Shown: positions 23,345 to 37,135 of the stretch, piece by piece
Numbering within the stretch: the first letter of the stretch is position 1
How the letters are laid out: every line of letters begins with the position of its first letter
DNA from: Mobula hypostoma
Taxonomy: Eukaryota
Direction: 5' to 3'
DNA length: 64,000 nt
NCBI RefSeq assembly: GCF_963921235.1
Contig: NC_086108.1
Coordinates: 10,664,001-10,728,000, forward strand
Program-made: the position numbers and the translations under genes
The notes under the pieces: generated by a model
Told to the model about the DNA's origin: nothing
Databases searched by the model: none
Seen by the model: only the letters and a program-made list of their open reading frames with translations

Positions 23345-25640
23345 CTGCAGCACATTACAGGCCCTTTGGCCCACAATGTTGTGCCAACCATGTAACCTAC
23401 TCTAGAAACTGACTAGAACTTCCCTACTGCATAGCCCTCTGTTTTCTTAAGCTCCATGTACCTATCTAAGAGTCTCTTAAAAGACCCTGTTGTATTACAG
23501 GCAATGCATTCCACATAGCCACCACTCTCTGTGAGAAAAACTTACCTCTAACATCCCCCTTGTACCTACTTCTAAGCTCCTTAAAACTATGCCCTCTCAT
23601 GTCAGCCATTTCAGCCCTGAGAAAAAGCCTCTGACTATCCACACGATCAATCCCCCTCATCACCTTATACACCTCTATCAGGTCACCTCTCATCCTCTGT
23701 CGCTCCAAGGAGAAAAGGCCAATTTCACTCAACCTATTCTCATAAGGTACACCCTCCAATCCAGGCAACATCCTTGTAAATCTCCTCTGCACTCTCTCTA
23801 TAGTATCCACATCCTTCCTGTAGTGAGGTGACCAGAACTGAACACAGTACTCCAAGTGGGGACTGACCAAGGTCTTGTATAGCTGTAACATTACCACACG
23901 GCTCTTGAACTCAATCCCATGGTTGATGAATGCCAACACACCAGATCCTCCACACTGCCAAGAATCTTACCATTAATATTGTATTCTGTCTTCAAATTTG
24001 ACCTACTGAAATGAAACGGCCTACTGAACTTATCTGGGTTGAACTCCATCTGCCACTTCTGAACACAGTCTGCATCCTATCAATCTCCCGCTGTAACCTC
24101 TGACAACCCTTCGGACTATCCACAACACCCTCAAATTTTGTATCATCAGCAAACTTACTCTTAACTTCCTCATTCAGGTTATTTATAAAAATTGCAAGAG
24201 GAGGGGTGCCAGAACAATTCCTTGTAGAACACCACTGGTCACTGACCTCCATGCAGAATATGAACCATCTACAATGACCCTGTGCCTTCTGTGGGAAAGC
24301 CAATTCTGGATCCACAAAGCAAGGTCTCCTTGGATTCCATGCCTCATTACTTCCTGAATGAGTCTTACATGAGGTACCTTATCAAATGCCTTACTGAAAT
24401 CCATTTACACTACATCCACTGCTCTACCTTCATCAATGTGTTTTGTTACATCCTCAAAGAATTCAATCAGGCTTGTAAGGTATGACCTGCCCTTGACAAA
24501 GCCATGCTGACTATCTCTAATCAGATTACGTCTCTCCAAATGCTCATAAATCCTGCCTCTCAGGATCTTCTCCAACAACTTGCCCACCACTGAAGTAAAG
24601 AACTACAATTTCTTGGGTTATCTCTACTCCCCTTCTTGAACAAGGGAAGAATGTTGCAACCCTCTAATCCTCTGGTACTTCTCCCGTTCCTATTGACGAT
24701 GCAAAGATCGTTGCCTGAGGCTCAGCAATCTCTTCCCTCGCTTCCCACAGCAGTTTGGGGTATATGATGTCTGGCCCTGTCTACTTATCTGACTTACTAC
24801 CTTTAAAAAGCTCCAGCACATCCCCTTTCTTAATGTCTATACACTCTTGCAATTCAGTCCACTGTAATTCATCCCCACAATTGCCAAGGTCCTTTTCCCT
24901 GGTGAATACTGAAGTGAAATATTCATTAAGTACCTCTGCTACCTCCTCCGGCTCCACGCACACGTTTCTGCTATAACTTCATGCTCCTGCTCTTCACAAA
25001 CCCTCTTCAACCTTAGGGTTTTCCTTAATCCTGCTCACCAAGGCCTTCTGACGGCCCCTTCTAGCTCTCCTAATTTAATGGCTCCATCCTTCCCCCTCCT
25101 GTCTTCTCCTGTCATTTTGGATCTCCCCCTCCCCCTCCCACTTTCAAATCTCTTACTAGCTCTTCCTTCAGTTAGTCCTGACGAAGGGTCTCGGCCTGAA
25201 ACGTCGACCGTACCTCTTCCTAGAGATGCTGCCTGACCTGCTGCGTTCACCAGCAACTTTGATGTGTGTTGCTTGACTCTTTCGTAAGCTTTTCTTTCCT
25301 TCCTAACTAGATTTATGACATCATTTGTACACCATGGTTCTTTTACCCTACCATCATTTCCCTGTCTCTTTGGAACATACCTATGCAGAACACCATGTAA
25401 ATGTTCCCTGAACGTTTGTCACATCTCTGCCGTGCATTTCCCTGAGAACATCTGCTCCCAATTTATGTTCCCAAGTTCCCGCCTAATAGCATCGTATTTC
25501 CCCCCCACCCCAATTAAATGCTTTCCTAAATTGTCTGCTCCTATCTCTCTCCAGCACCACGGTAAAGGAGATAGAGTTATGATCATTACCTCCAAAATGT
25601 TCTCCCACCAAGAGATCTGTCACCTGATCAGATTCATTTC
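23345..25640 (-). mobile_element. CR1 LINE (5'-truncated, frameshifted) interrupted by a PLE fragment ~25081-25276
   Basis: ORFs 23466-23939, 24183-24404 (DFSKAFDKVPH), 24405-24590 (SQHGFVKGRS), 24781-24963. Confidence 0.9.
25174..25209 (+). ncRNA. Minimal hammerhead motif
   Basis: AGUC-CUGACGA-A-GGGU-CUCG-GCCU-GAAA-CGUC-GACC. Confidence 0.65.
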
Positions 25641-26094
25641 CCGCTTATCCACCTTCCTCTTCTAGCAGGTTCTTTCTTCTCCAGGCCTTGACCTTTCCCA
25701 TCCACCTGGATTCACCTATCACCTTTCATCTACTCTCTCCCCCCCAACCTTTTAGTTCAAGTATTTCCGCCCTCCCCCCCCCCCGTTTCTCTCTCAGTCC
25801 TGAGGGAGGATCTCGGCCTGACACGTTGATAGTTTATTCCGCTCCATAACTGCTGCCTGACCTGCTGAGTACCTCCAGTATTTTGTGTGTGCTGCTCTGG
25901 ATTTCCAGCCTCTGCAGACTTTCCTGTGTTTGCTAATCTCAATGTCTCTTAAAGGTTGCTAATATATCTGTGTCTGCTAGGCAGTTTAAATGGCTTGTCA
26001 CAGGCAGGGCTGTAGTTTTCTATGGCTCTATGGATTGGTGATGGAAATAATGGTTGATTTATGAAAAACTGTGCACGCCATGTCAAAGCTGATC

Positions 26095-26925
26095 TACGAC
26101 CATAAGGTACTGGAACAGATATGGGCCATTAAGTCTGATACGCCTTTTCATCATGGCTGATCCATTTTCCTCTCAGCCCCAATCTCCTGACTTCTCTACG
26201 TATTCCTTCATTCCCTAACCAATCAAGAATCTAGCAACCTCTGCCTTAAATATACCCAGTGACTTGGCCTCCACAGCTGACTGTAGCAACAAATTCCACA
26301 GATTCACCACTCTCTAGCGAAAGAAATTCCTCCTCATCTCCATTCTAAAAGGACATTCTTCTACTCCGAGGCTGTGTCCTCAGTTCTGGCACTCTCCCAC
26401 CACAGGAATCATCCTCTCCCTATTTCACTCTTTCGAAGCCTTTCATCATTTGATAGGTTTCAATTAGGTTCTTCTGAATTCTAGAACTATCACTCTTCAT
26501 ATGACAAGCCATTCAATCCTGGAATCATTTTTTAGTGAACCTCCTTTGAACCCTCCTTTGAACCCTCCTGTGCTGTCAGCACATTCTTTCTAAGTTAAGT
26601 GGTCCAAAACTGCTCACAGAACTCCAACTGAGGTATCACCAGTGCTTTATAAAGCCTCAGCCTTCCATCCTTGCTTTTATATTCTAGTCCTCTTGAGACG
26701 AATGCATGTGCCTTCCTCGCCACTAACTCAACCTGCAAATATAACCTTCAGGGAATCCTGCACAAGGACACCCAAATCCCTTTGCACCTCAGATTTTTAA
26801 ATTTTGTCTCCATTTGGAAAATAGTCTACCCTTTTATTTCTTCTACCAAAGTGCATGACCATATACTTCACTACACTGTACTCCACAGTTCTTTGCCTAT
26901 TCTCCGAATCTGTCTATGTCCTTCA
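26095..26925 (-). mobile_element. CR1 LINE 3' fragment (decayed)
   Basis: Similarity to other CR1 3' copies in window. Confidence 0.75.
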
Positions 26926-27079
26926 GTGGTCCAGCTAATATGGTACAGGTTTTAAATTCTCAGTTGACGAGATTACCAGTTTATCTGTTTGATAGCAGAA
27001 TGATGGTGTCAGGAAGACATAATTAAGTAACTGACTTGTCCTGATTGCAGAATAAAATGTTTATCCACGGGACTAACAG

Positions 27080-27860
27080 TCAATCCAGCAACAATGGATG
27101 CATTCTGGAACATCATTCGTGATTAGGATGGTGGTGAATATCGGTAGCTCGGGTTGAGGAGTTTGATGTTGCAATGTCCGCCAAGCTTGACGATTATCTT
27201 GCAGATGTTTCTTCACCAGTCGAGGTGACATCCTCAGTGTGTAGTGGTTGGTGTTTCTCTCTGGGAGTGCTCGCATTTATATAGGCCCTCATTTGCATGC
27301 CTCCGTCGGATTGGCTACCCCTTCTGTTGACCTTTGAATTCTATTGGCTCACATTCTTTGGCTCTTTGAGGTTCATAAATGGCGTCTCTTTCAATATGTT
27401 TGTTTACGGAGTTATCAGAAGAGAACCATGCTTCTTAAAAATTCCTTGTGCCTGCTTCATGTTTGCCTGCACCTGAAGCTCTGCGATGTCCTGGTTAAGG
27501 TCGTGTCCTTCTCGGTCTTCACGTACTGAGATCAGCGACAGTGGATCATGTCTCCATAACACCGATCTGCGTTCCCGTAATCAAGCTGAGAGTTTGCATC
27601 CTGTCTGTCCAACGTAGTTCTTGTTGCAGTCTCCACAGGTGTTCCTGTACACCACACTGCTTTTGTGAGTTGTCTTTACTGGTACCTTGCTTCTTGATAC
27701 AAGCTTCCTTGATGTCGTCTTTAGTTTGTGAGTGATTGTGATGTCGTGAGGTTCGAGCAGTCAAGCTGTCATTCCTGATATATTCCTGATGTAGGGCAAG
27801 GTCACGCGTTTCAATGTGCGTTGGGTAAGGTCTGCGTGATGATGAATGAGAGTTTGCTGC
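27080..27860 (-). mobile_element. Penelope-like element 3' part with GIY-YIG remnant and hammerhead motif (27201-27240)
   Basis: TLPYIRNI, decayed C-x2-C/YVGQT-like region, HDPLSLISV; ACA-CUGAGGA-U-GUCACC...GGUGAA-GAAA-CAUC-UGC. Confidence 0.75.
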
Positions 27861-29329
27861 TGATTCTCGAGTCAGGGGAAGCTCAAAGTAAAAGCAATGC
27901 TACAGGCTGTAACAGACTGTAACATCGAAACAGCGACTGTTTGTGGAAAGAGTGATATCTCCCTCTCCCTTGTGAGTGAGAGAGAGGGTCTGAGGGATGA
28001 CAAACTGCTGGGATGAGCAGTAGTTTTTGATGTACTGTAGACCATGGGAGCTTGCTGTTGCTTGCCAGGTGAGTGGTGGGGAGTGCTGATGCTTTCTGCT
28101 AGACTGTCGAGGGAGGGTTGATGCTGTCTGTGCGTGGCGGCGGGGAGGGGGCTCTGTGATTCTTATGTTTTACTGTCATTCATTCATTCTGTTTCATGGA
28201 TGTCTGTGAAGAGTAAGAATTTCAGGTTGTATACTGTATACGTTCTCTGATATTAAATGTTGAACCATTAAATTATTGAACTTTCTCTCCTTAGTCATTA
28301 GTAATTACTGAAATTCTGTAAGGTTTGGTGTCATCACTCATGCGTTCCATATCTCTAATAGCCTTTGTCATCAGTTCCCTGACACCACATTAGCACAAGC
28401 TACATCACTATTTATCAGTTATTAGCTTTCACTGTTCTTTCTTCTAAAACACAATAACCCTTGAGCAGAGATCTTCACTCGGAGGGTCATGAGAGTGTGG
28501 AATGAGCTGCCAGTGCAAGTGGTGCTTGCAAGCTCGATTTCAATGTTTAAGAGAAGTTTAGATAGGTACGTGGATGGGAGGATATGGAGGGCTATGGTCC
28601 TGGTGCAAGGCGATGGGACTAGTGGTCTGCATGGACCAGATGGGCCAAAGTTCTGTTCTTTTCTGTTACTCTGTCTGGAGGTGTGAAGACAAGGAGTTTC
28701 TGGAGGAGGATGAATTTAGGACCATGACTGGATAGTGAAAGCGGATGGTGGGTAAACTCCCTCTCATGCTTCCCGTCAGTAAGGCTTGTGTTCAAAGTTC
28801 AAAAGTTCAAAGTACATATCTGCCACATATATATATTGTCCATTGTGTCTGATGATGACAGACCCTGGGCGGGAGAGTTTTTAAAGTGGGAAAGCCATTG
28901 TACTGGGGCAGTTCCACTCTCTCGATCTTGGAGGTCAGGGTCCAGTTGTACGTACAAGTATCACAGACTGGAGTCTTCCCTGGTTGCAGTGGATAACCGT
29001 GATGTTTTCTGTGTCTTGTCATACCCGTCGTCTCCACAGAGCGTAGCAGAACTGCCTTCCTGGCCGTTGGATCTCACTGTAGATCTCATCTGCGCAGTCC
29101 GCCAGAGCTGATTTTGCGTGCTAGGACAGGCCTGTCCCTAGCTCTCTGGGATATGAATCCCATCGGCTACTCTCACCTGGTTTAGCCCACCTGTCAAAGC
29201 AGCGTGGCCGCTATTGCAAGTAAACAGCTACCTGGAGCCACGGGTGAGTGAGATGGCCCAGAATAGACACGATAAGCCCCTTTAACCGAGGTGCTGCCCC
29301 TCCCTGGACACCTCATAACACCATATTAT

Positions 29330-29356
29330 ATATGTCTGTGTGTGTTTGAGTGTCTC

Positions 29357-29404
<48 letters not shown>

Positions 29405-30089
29405 AGTGTGTGTGTGTGTGTTGTATGAGTGTGTGCGTGTTTGAGTGTGAGCGTCTGTGTGTGTGTGTGTGTGTCTGTGTGTTTGTGTGTCTTTGTCCGC
29501 ATGAGTGTGTGTTTGTGTGTGTGGGTGTGTGTGTGTGTGTGTCTGGGTGTGTGTGCGTCTGGGTGCATGTGGGTGTGTGCTTTTGTGTGGGAGTGTGTGG
29601 GGGTGTGTATTTGTGTGTGCATGTATGCAGGTGTGAGTGTGTGTCTGTGTGTATTTGTGTGTGTTTGTATGTATGTGCGTATCTTTGTGTATGTGTGTCT
29701 GTGTGTTTGTGCGTGTGTCTATGTTTGTGCATGTGTGTGTGTGTTCGTATGTGTGTGTGACTGTGTGTGCGTTTGTGTGTATGCATGGGTGTGGGTACGT
29801 GAATATGTCTGTGTGTGTTTGTGTGTGAGTGTCTGTGTGTGTGAGTATGTGCTTGTGTGTGTGCATGTCTGTTTGTGTGTGTGTGTTTGTATGTGTGAAT
29901 GTGTGTGTGTCTGTGTCTGTGGGTCTGGGAGTGAGTGCATGTGTCTGTGTGTGTGTTTGTATGTATATGTTTGTATGTGCGTGAGTACATATGTTTGAGA
30001 GTGTGTGTCTGTGTGAAAGTGTGTGCATGTGTGTTTGAACGTGATCTCTGTGTGTCTGTGTTTGTGCATGTGTGTGTTTGTGGTTGTGG

Positions 30090-30124
<35 letters not shown>

Positions 30125-30432
30125 TATGAGTGCCTGTGTGTGGGTGTGCATGTCAGCATGTGTGTGTGTGTGTGTGTGTCTGTCTGTCTGTGTATGGGTA
30201 TGGGTGTGTGTTTGAGTGTGAGTATGTGTGTATGTCTGTGTGTGTGAGTATGAGTGTCTGTGAGTGTGTATCCGTGTCTGTTTGAGTGCATGTGTGTGTG
30301 TTTGTGTTTTTTGAGTGGGTGTGAGTGTGTGTGTGTGAGACTGTGTTTATATGTGTGTGTGTGTTTGTAAGTGTGCCTGTGTGTGAGTGTATGTGTGTTT
30401 GAGTGTGATCTGTGTGTATGGCAGTCTTTGTG

Positions 30433-30470
<38 letters not shown>

Positions 30471-30660
30471 GGGGGGGTGTTTGAGTGTGAGTGTGTGCGT
30501 GTATGTGTGTGTGTCTATGGTGTGGGTGTATGTTTGAGTGTGTGTGTTTGTGTGTGAGTGGGAGTGTTTTTGTGTTTGCATGTGCATGAGTGCGGGTGTT
30601 TGTATGAGTGTGTGCCTATGTTTGTGTGCCTTTCTGCGAGTGTGTGAGTGTGTGTGTATA
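29330..30660. repeat. TG-rich compound microsatellite block
   Basis: Imperfect (TG)n, ~1.3 kb. Confidence 0.95.
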
Positions 30661-31256
30661 CAGTGGCATGCAAATGTTTGGACACCCCAGTCAAAATTTC
30701 TGTTACTGTGCTAAGCGAGTAAAAGATGAACTGATTTCCAAAAGGCATAAAGTTAAAGATGACACATTTCTTTAATATTTTAAGCAAGATTACTTTTTTA
30801 TTGCCATCTTTTACAGTTTCAAAATAGCAAGAAAGGAAAGGGGCCTGAAGCAAAAGTTTGGGCACCCTGCATGATCAATACTTAGTAACACCCCCTTTGG
30901 CAAGTATCACAGCTTGTAAATGCTTTCTATAGCCAGCTAAGAGTCTTACAATTCTTGTTTGGGGGATTTTCGCCCATTCTTTCTTGCAAAAGGCTTCTAG
31001 TTCTGTGAGATTCTTGGGCCGTCTTGCATGTACTGCTCTTTTGAGGTCTATCCACAGATTTTCGACAATGTTTAGGTCGGGGGACTGTGAGGGCCATGGC
31101 AAAATCTTCAGCTTGCGCCTCTTGAGGTAGTCCATTGTGGATTTTGAGGTGTGTTTAGGATCATTATCCTGTTGTAGAAGCCATCCTCTTTTCATCTTCA
31201 CACATAAAAATTGTGGTGAACGCAGCAGGCCAGGCAGCATCTCTAGGAAGAGGTAC

Positions 31257-31292
31257 AGTCGACATTTCGGGCCAAGGCCCTTCATCAGGACT
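31257..31292 (-). ncRNA. Minimal hammerhead motif in PLE fragment (~31201-31364)
   Basis: AGUC-CUGAUGA-A-GGGC-CUUG-GCCC-GAAA-UGUC-GACU. Confidence 0.65.
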
Positions 31293-31364
31293 AACTGAAA
31301 GAAGAGATAGTAAGAGATTTGAAAGTGGGAGGGGGAGGGGGAGGTCCAAAATGATAGGAGAAGA

Positions 31365-33590
31365 CTATCTTATCGCATCCCACAACAGCCAGAGAAAACA
31401 GAACTGGACAAGATTCCAACCCGACAAGAGACAATCGAGGCCATAGAGCAGCTGAAAGGTGGCAAGGCAGCGGGAGTTGATGGAATCCCACCTGAGATTT
31501 GGAAGCATGGGGGCCCAGCGTTACACACCAAACTCCATGAGTTCTTTGTCTGCTGCTGGGAACAAGGCAAACTACTACAGGACCTCCGAGATGCAGTCAT
31601 CATCGCCCTGTATAGGAACAAGGGAGAAAAGTCCGACTGCTCCAACTACTGGGGGGATAACTCTTCTCTTTATCGCAGGAAAAATCCTCGCAAGAGTACT
31701 CCTGAACAGATTGGTGCCCATCATTGCAGAAGAACACCTCCCAGAGAGCCAGTGTGGCTTCAGAGCCAACAGGAACACCGCTGACATGGTGTCTGTTCTC
31801 AGGCAGCTCCAAGAGAAATGCAGGGAATGCTACAATCCCTTACTTTCAGCTTTTTTTGTGTAAGTTTTACAGTTTTTTGTTGTGAATTACATTATATTTT
31901 TGGTAGTCGGCATAATATTTTCTTTTTTCTAATATATATTTACAGCTCTGTGTGGTTGAACGCTCTGATTAATTTTTTTCTTTTATACACAGAAATGGTT
32001 GGCCTGGGTTTTTTTTCAGTGGGAGGTTGGGGTGGATACTAATCTTACATGATTTTATTTTCAGTGCTTTTTTTATTGTTATGAACTATATATTGGACTT
32101 GTTTGTTTTGCACTGTATAAATCTCCATTTTGTCGATGGTTTTTTCTGTAGCTATTGTAGCAATGCATAAAAAAATTAATAAAAAGATTAACAAAAGAGA
32201 AATGTAGGGAACAGAACAAAGGATTGTACGTGACGTTTGTCGACCTTACCAAAGCGTTCGACACCGTGAGCTGGGAAGGTCTGTGGCAAATCATGGAACG
32301 ACTGGGATGCCCCCAAAGTTCCTCAGCATGGTCATCCAGCTACACGAAGATCAGCGTGGCCAAGTCAGACACAATAATGATCTCTCAGCACCCTTTCCAA
32401 TAGGCAACAGCGTCCAGGCTGCATCCTCGCGCTGACTCTCTTCACCATCTTCTTCAGCATGAAGCTCGGAACGTCCACAGAAGACCTTGATGAAGAGGAT
32501 GGTGTCTACATCCAATACTGCACCGATGGCAGCCTGTTCAACCTGAGGCGACTACAGTCGCACACCAAGACACTGGAGCAACTCATCCGAGAGCTACTCT
32601 TCGCCGATGATGCTGCCCTTGTTGCCCACACAGAGACAGCCCTGCAGCGTACAACATCCTGCCTCTCAGAGGCTGCCGAGCTCTTTGAACTGGAAGTCAG
32701 CTTGAAGAAGACAGAAGTTCTCCATCAGCCCGCACCTCAGGAAGATTACCACCCTCCCTGCATCACCATTCGTGAGGTAGAGCTGAAGACAGTCCACCAG
32801 TTCAGCTACCTGCGGTGCACCATCTCGTCAGATGCCAAGATCGACAGAGATTGACAACAGACTGGCAAAGGCAAACAGCACATTCGGCAGGCTGTACAAA
32901 AGAGTCTGGAACAACAAGCATTTGAAGAAAGGCACAAAGATCAGCATGTACAGAGCCGTTGTACTGACCACCCTCCTGTACGGCTCCGAGTCGTGGGTCA
33001 CCTACCGTCACCTCCCACGACTGCTTGAGTGTTTCCACCAGCGCTGCCTCCACACCATCCTCAGCATCCACTGGAGTGACTTCGTCACCAACATCGAAGT
33101 CCTCGAACAGGCAGAGGTCACCAGCATTGAGGCCATGCTGTTGAAGACCCAGCTGTGCTGTGCTGGGCACATCTCCAGGATGGAGGATCATCGCCTGGCC
33201 AAGATTGTGCTGTATGGTGAACTCTCTACTGGCCACCCTGACAGAGGGGCACCGAAGTAGAGGTACAAGGACTCTCTGAAAAAATCCCTTGGTTCATGTC
33301 ACATTGATCACCGCCAGTGGGCTAATCTAGCCTCCGATCACGAGGCCTGGCGACACACCATTCACCAGTCTGTCTCCTCCTTCAAGAACGCACACAGGGC
33401 TGGCATTGAGGACAAAAGGAGAAGGAGGAAGAACCGTGACACAGCAGCATCAAACCTAGAACAGAATTTCCCTTGCAGCCACTGTGGCCGGGCCTGCCTG
33501 ACCCGTATTGGCCTCGTCGGCCACCAGCGAGCCTGCAGCAGACGTGGGCAGCCTCCTTCCTAAATCTTCATTCGCGAAGCCAAGCCATGA
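31365..33590 (+). mobile_element. RTE-clade LINE (5'-truncated) nested in Tc1
   Basis: GKILARVLLNRL, LPESQCGFR, FVDLTKAFDTV, ELLFADDAAL, LLYGSESW, KIVLYGEL; ends gcgaagccaagccatgatga. Confidence 0.92.
31828..32194 (+). mobile_element. L1/Tx1-like 3' UTR fragment inserted in RTE
   Basis: 17-bp TSD aagagaaatg(c/t)agggaa (31811-31827 / 32195-32211); T-rich body, AATAAA and A-rich end. Confidence 0.7.
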
Positions 33591-34029
33591 TGAACTAGCA
33601 ATCCTACGAGCAGCTCTCTCGGAAAGTTTTCTTGGTCTTCCAGACCTCAATTTGACCTTCACTGTTTCTGTTAACTGCCATTTCTTAATTACATTACGAA
33701 CTGAGGAAACAGCTACCTGAAAACACCTTCCTATCTTCTTATAGCCTTCTCCTGCTTTGTGGGTATCATTTATTTTAATTTTCAGAGTGCTGGGCAGCTG
33801 CTTAGAGGAGCCCATGGCTGCTGATTGTTGGGACAAGGTTTGAGGAGTCAGGGTATTTATAATGCTTTGAAATTTGCATCACCTGGCCTTTCCTAACGAT
33901 GACTGTGAACAAGCCATAGCCCTAACAAGCTATTTAAGGTCTGAGACCTTGGTAAAAGTTATCTGAGATCTCAAATCTCTTTACGTGCCCAAACTTCTGC
34001 ATGATGCTCCTTTCCTTTTTTTCACCCTA

Positions 34030-34790
34030 ACTGTGTGTGTGCTTGTAGCTGTGTTTGTCTATGTGTGTGTGTTTGAGTGTGAGTGTCTGTGTGTGTATCT
34101 GTGTCTGAGCGCATGTGTGTGTGCTTGTCTTTGTGATTGGGTTTGTGTGTTTGTGTTTTTGTGTGGCTGTAAGTGTGTGTGTGTCTGTGCGTGTGTATGT
34201 GTGTGTGTTTGTATGTGTGTGTGAGTGTGTGTCTTTGTGAGTGTGGATATGTGTGTGAGTGTGTGTGTGTCTGTGTTTGTACATGTGTTTGTGAGTGTGG
34301 ATATGTGTGTGAGTGTGTGTGTGTCTGTGTTTGTACATGTGTTTGTGAGTGTGGATATGTGTGTGAGTGTGTGTGTGTCTGTGTTTGTACATGTGTTTGT
34401 GTCTGTTTGAGTGTGAAGATGTGTGTTTGAGTGCATGTGTATATGTTTGTGTTTGTGTGTGTTTGAGTGTGCATGTGTCTGTGTTTGTGTGTATATGTGT
34501 GTGTGAGTATGAGTGTCTGTGAGTGTGTATCTGTGTCTGTTTGAGTGCATGTATGTGTTTTGTTGTTTTTGTCTGGGCGTGAGTATGTGTGTTTGAGTGC
34601 AAGTGCCTTTGTGTGTGAGTGTGTGTGCATTTGTATGTGTGAGCGTGTGTGTGTGTATGTGAGTGTGTGTGTGTGTCTGTCTTTGTGCATGTGTGTGTTT
34701 GTGGTTGTAAGTGTATGTGTTGTGTTTGAGTGTGATCTGTGTGTGTGTCTGTCTTTGTGCATGTGTCTGTGTGTGTGTGTGTTTGTGGTT
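34030..34790. repeat. TG-rich compound microsatellite block
   Basis: Imperfect (TG)n sharing submotifs with 29330-30660. Confidence 0.9.
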
Positions 34791-36705
34791 GTGTGTGTGG
34801 TTGTGACTGTGTGTGTTTGTGTGTGCTAGTTTGTGAGTGTCTGTACTGTGCTGTAGGTTTTCTATGTTTCATTAGATGGGCCAAAGGTCCTGTTTTTGTG
34901 CATATGTGTGTGTGTGTGTTTGTGGTTGTGTGTGTGGTTGTGACTGTGTGTGTTTGTGTGTGCTAGTTTGTGAGTGTCTGTACTGTGCTGTAGGTTTTCT
35001 ATGTTTCATTAGATGGGCCAAAGGTCCTGTTTTTGTGCATATGTGTGTGTGTGTGTTTGTGGTTGTGTGTGTGGTTGTGACTGTGTGTGTTTGTGTGTGC
35101 TAGTTTGTGAGTGTCTGTACTGTGCTGTAGGTTTTCTATGTTTCATTAGATGGGCCAAAGGTCCTGTTTTTGTGCATATGTGTGTGTGTGTGTTTGTGGT
35201 TGTGTGTGTGGTTGTGACTGTGTGTGTTTGTGTGTGCTAGTTTGTGAGTGTCTGTACTGTGCTGTAGGTTTTCTATGTTTCATTAGATGGGCCAAAGGTC
35301 CTGTTTTTGTGCATATGTGTGTGTGTGTGTTTGTGGTTGTGTGTGTGGTTGTGACTGTGTGTGTTTGTGTGTGCTAGTTTGTGAGTGTCTGTACTGTGCT
35401 GTAGGTTTTCTATGTTTCATTAGATGGGCCAAAGGTCCTGTTTTTGTGCATGTGTGTGTGTGTGTGTGTGTTTGTGGTTGTGTGTGTGGTTGTGACTGTG
35501 TGTGTTTGTGTGTGCTAGTTTGTGAGTGTCTGTACTGTGCTGTAGGTTTTCTATGTTTCATTAGATGGGCCAAAGGTCCTGTTTTTGTGCATGTGTGTGT
35601 GTGTGTGTTTGTGGTTGTGTGTGTGGTTGTGACTGTGTGTGTTTGTGTGTGCTAGTTTGTGAGTGTCTGTACTGTGCTGTAGGTTTTCTATGTTTCATTA
35701 GATGGGCCAAAGGTCCTGTTTTTGTGCATATGTGTGTGTGTGTGTTTGTGGTTGTGTGTGTGGTTGTGACTGTGTGTGTTTGTGTGTGCTAGTTTGTGAG
35801 TGTCTGTACTGTGCTGTAGGTTTTCTATGTTTCATTAGATGGGCCAAAGGTCCTGTTTTTGTGCATATGTGTGTGTGTGTGTTTGTGGTTGTGTGTGTGG
35901 TTGTGACTGTGTGTGTTTGTGTGTGCTAGTTTGTGAGTGTCTGTACTGTGCTGTAGGTTTTCTATGTTTCATTAGATGGGCCAAAGGTCCTGTTTTTGTG
36001 CATGTGTGTGTGTGTGTGTGTGTTTGTGGTTGTGTGTGTGGTTGTGACTGTGTGTGTTTGTGTGTGCTAGTTTGTGAGTGTCTGTACTGTGCTGTAGGTT
36101 TTCTATGTTTCATTAGATGGGCCAAAGGTCCTGTTTTTGTGCATATGTGTGTGTGTGTGTTTGTGGTTGTGTGTGTGGTTGTGACTGTGTGTGTTTGTGT
36201 GTGCTAGTTTGTGAGTGTCTGTACTGTGCTGTAGGTTTTCTATGTTTCATTAGATGGGCCAAAGGTCCTGTTTTTGTGCATGTGTGTGTGTGTGTGTGTG
36301 TTTGTGGTTGTGTGTGTGGTTGTGACTGTGTGTGTTTGTGTGTGCTAGTTTGTGAGTGTCTGTACTGTGCTGTAGGTTTTCTATGTTTCATTAGATGGGC
36401 CAAAGGTCCTGTTTTTGTGCATGTGTGTGTGTGTGTGTGTGTGTTTGTGGTTGTGTGTGTGGTTGTGACTGTGTGTGTTTGTGTGTGCTAGTTTGTGAGT
36501 GTCTGTACTGTGCTGTAGGTTTTCTATGTTTCATTAGATGGGCCAAAGGTCCTGTTTTTGTGCATATGTGTGTGTGTGTGTTTGTGGTTGTGTGTGTGGT
36601 TGTGACTGTGTGTGTTTGTGTGTGCTAGTTTGTGAGTGTCTGTACTGTGCTGTAGGTTTTCTATGTTTCATTAGATGGGCCAAAGGTCCTGTTTTTGTGC
36701 ATATG
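34790..36705. repeat. 137-143-bp tandem array (14 copies) combining TG microsatellite and CR1-like 3' tail sequence
   Basis: attagatgggccaaagg recurs 14 times; periods 137,137,137,137,141,137,137,137,141,137,141,143,137. Confidence 0.95.
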
Positions 36706-37135
36706 CACTTCTATGACCCTGTGACTCCATACACTGAGAGCATGACTTGTAGAGTCCTCGAAAATTAGTCCATAGGTTGTGGAATCAGTTCTGAGATGGG
36801 GTGAGAGAAGTTATCCACACTGATTCAGAAGCCTGATGGTTGAGGGGTAATAACTGTTCTTGATACTGGTGTTGTAGGTCCTGAGGCTCTTGTACCCCTT
36901 CCTGATTGCAGCAGTGAGATGAGGGCGTTGCCTGGATGGTGGGGTCCGTAATGGATGCAGCTTTCTTTCTTTACCGCTGCACGGATCAGCCATTGCTCTG
37001 AGGAGGAAATTTTTACATGGCTTATAAACTGAGTGGCACTTTAGATTAACGTTACAGAAGAGAAAATTCCTGTTACACGGCAACGACGGCTATGTGAGCA
37101 GGAGCATTTCAGTTACAGTGTGGCTGCGTACTCAC

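Larger units (their letters stand above)
30661..34030 (-). mobile_element. Tc1 (DD34E) transposon, disrupted; right end incomplete
   Basis: TA|cagtggcatgcaaa terminus; transposase C-term 30875-31200 (QQDNDPKH...SPDLNIVENLW, 34 residues D to E) and N-term ~33590-33815 (GEGYKKI, SGRPRKLS). Confidence 0.9.

Noticed and set aside
34790..36705. CRISPR-like repeat-spacer appearance
   Set aside because: Intervening segments are identical rather than unique spacers, no cas genes, eukaryotic context.
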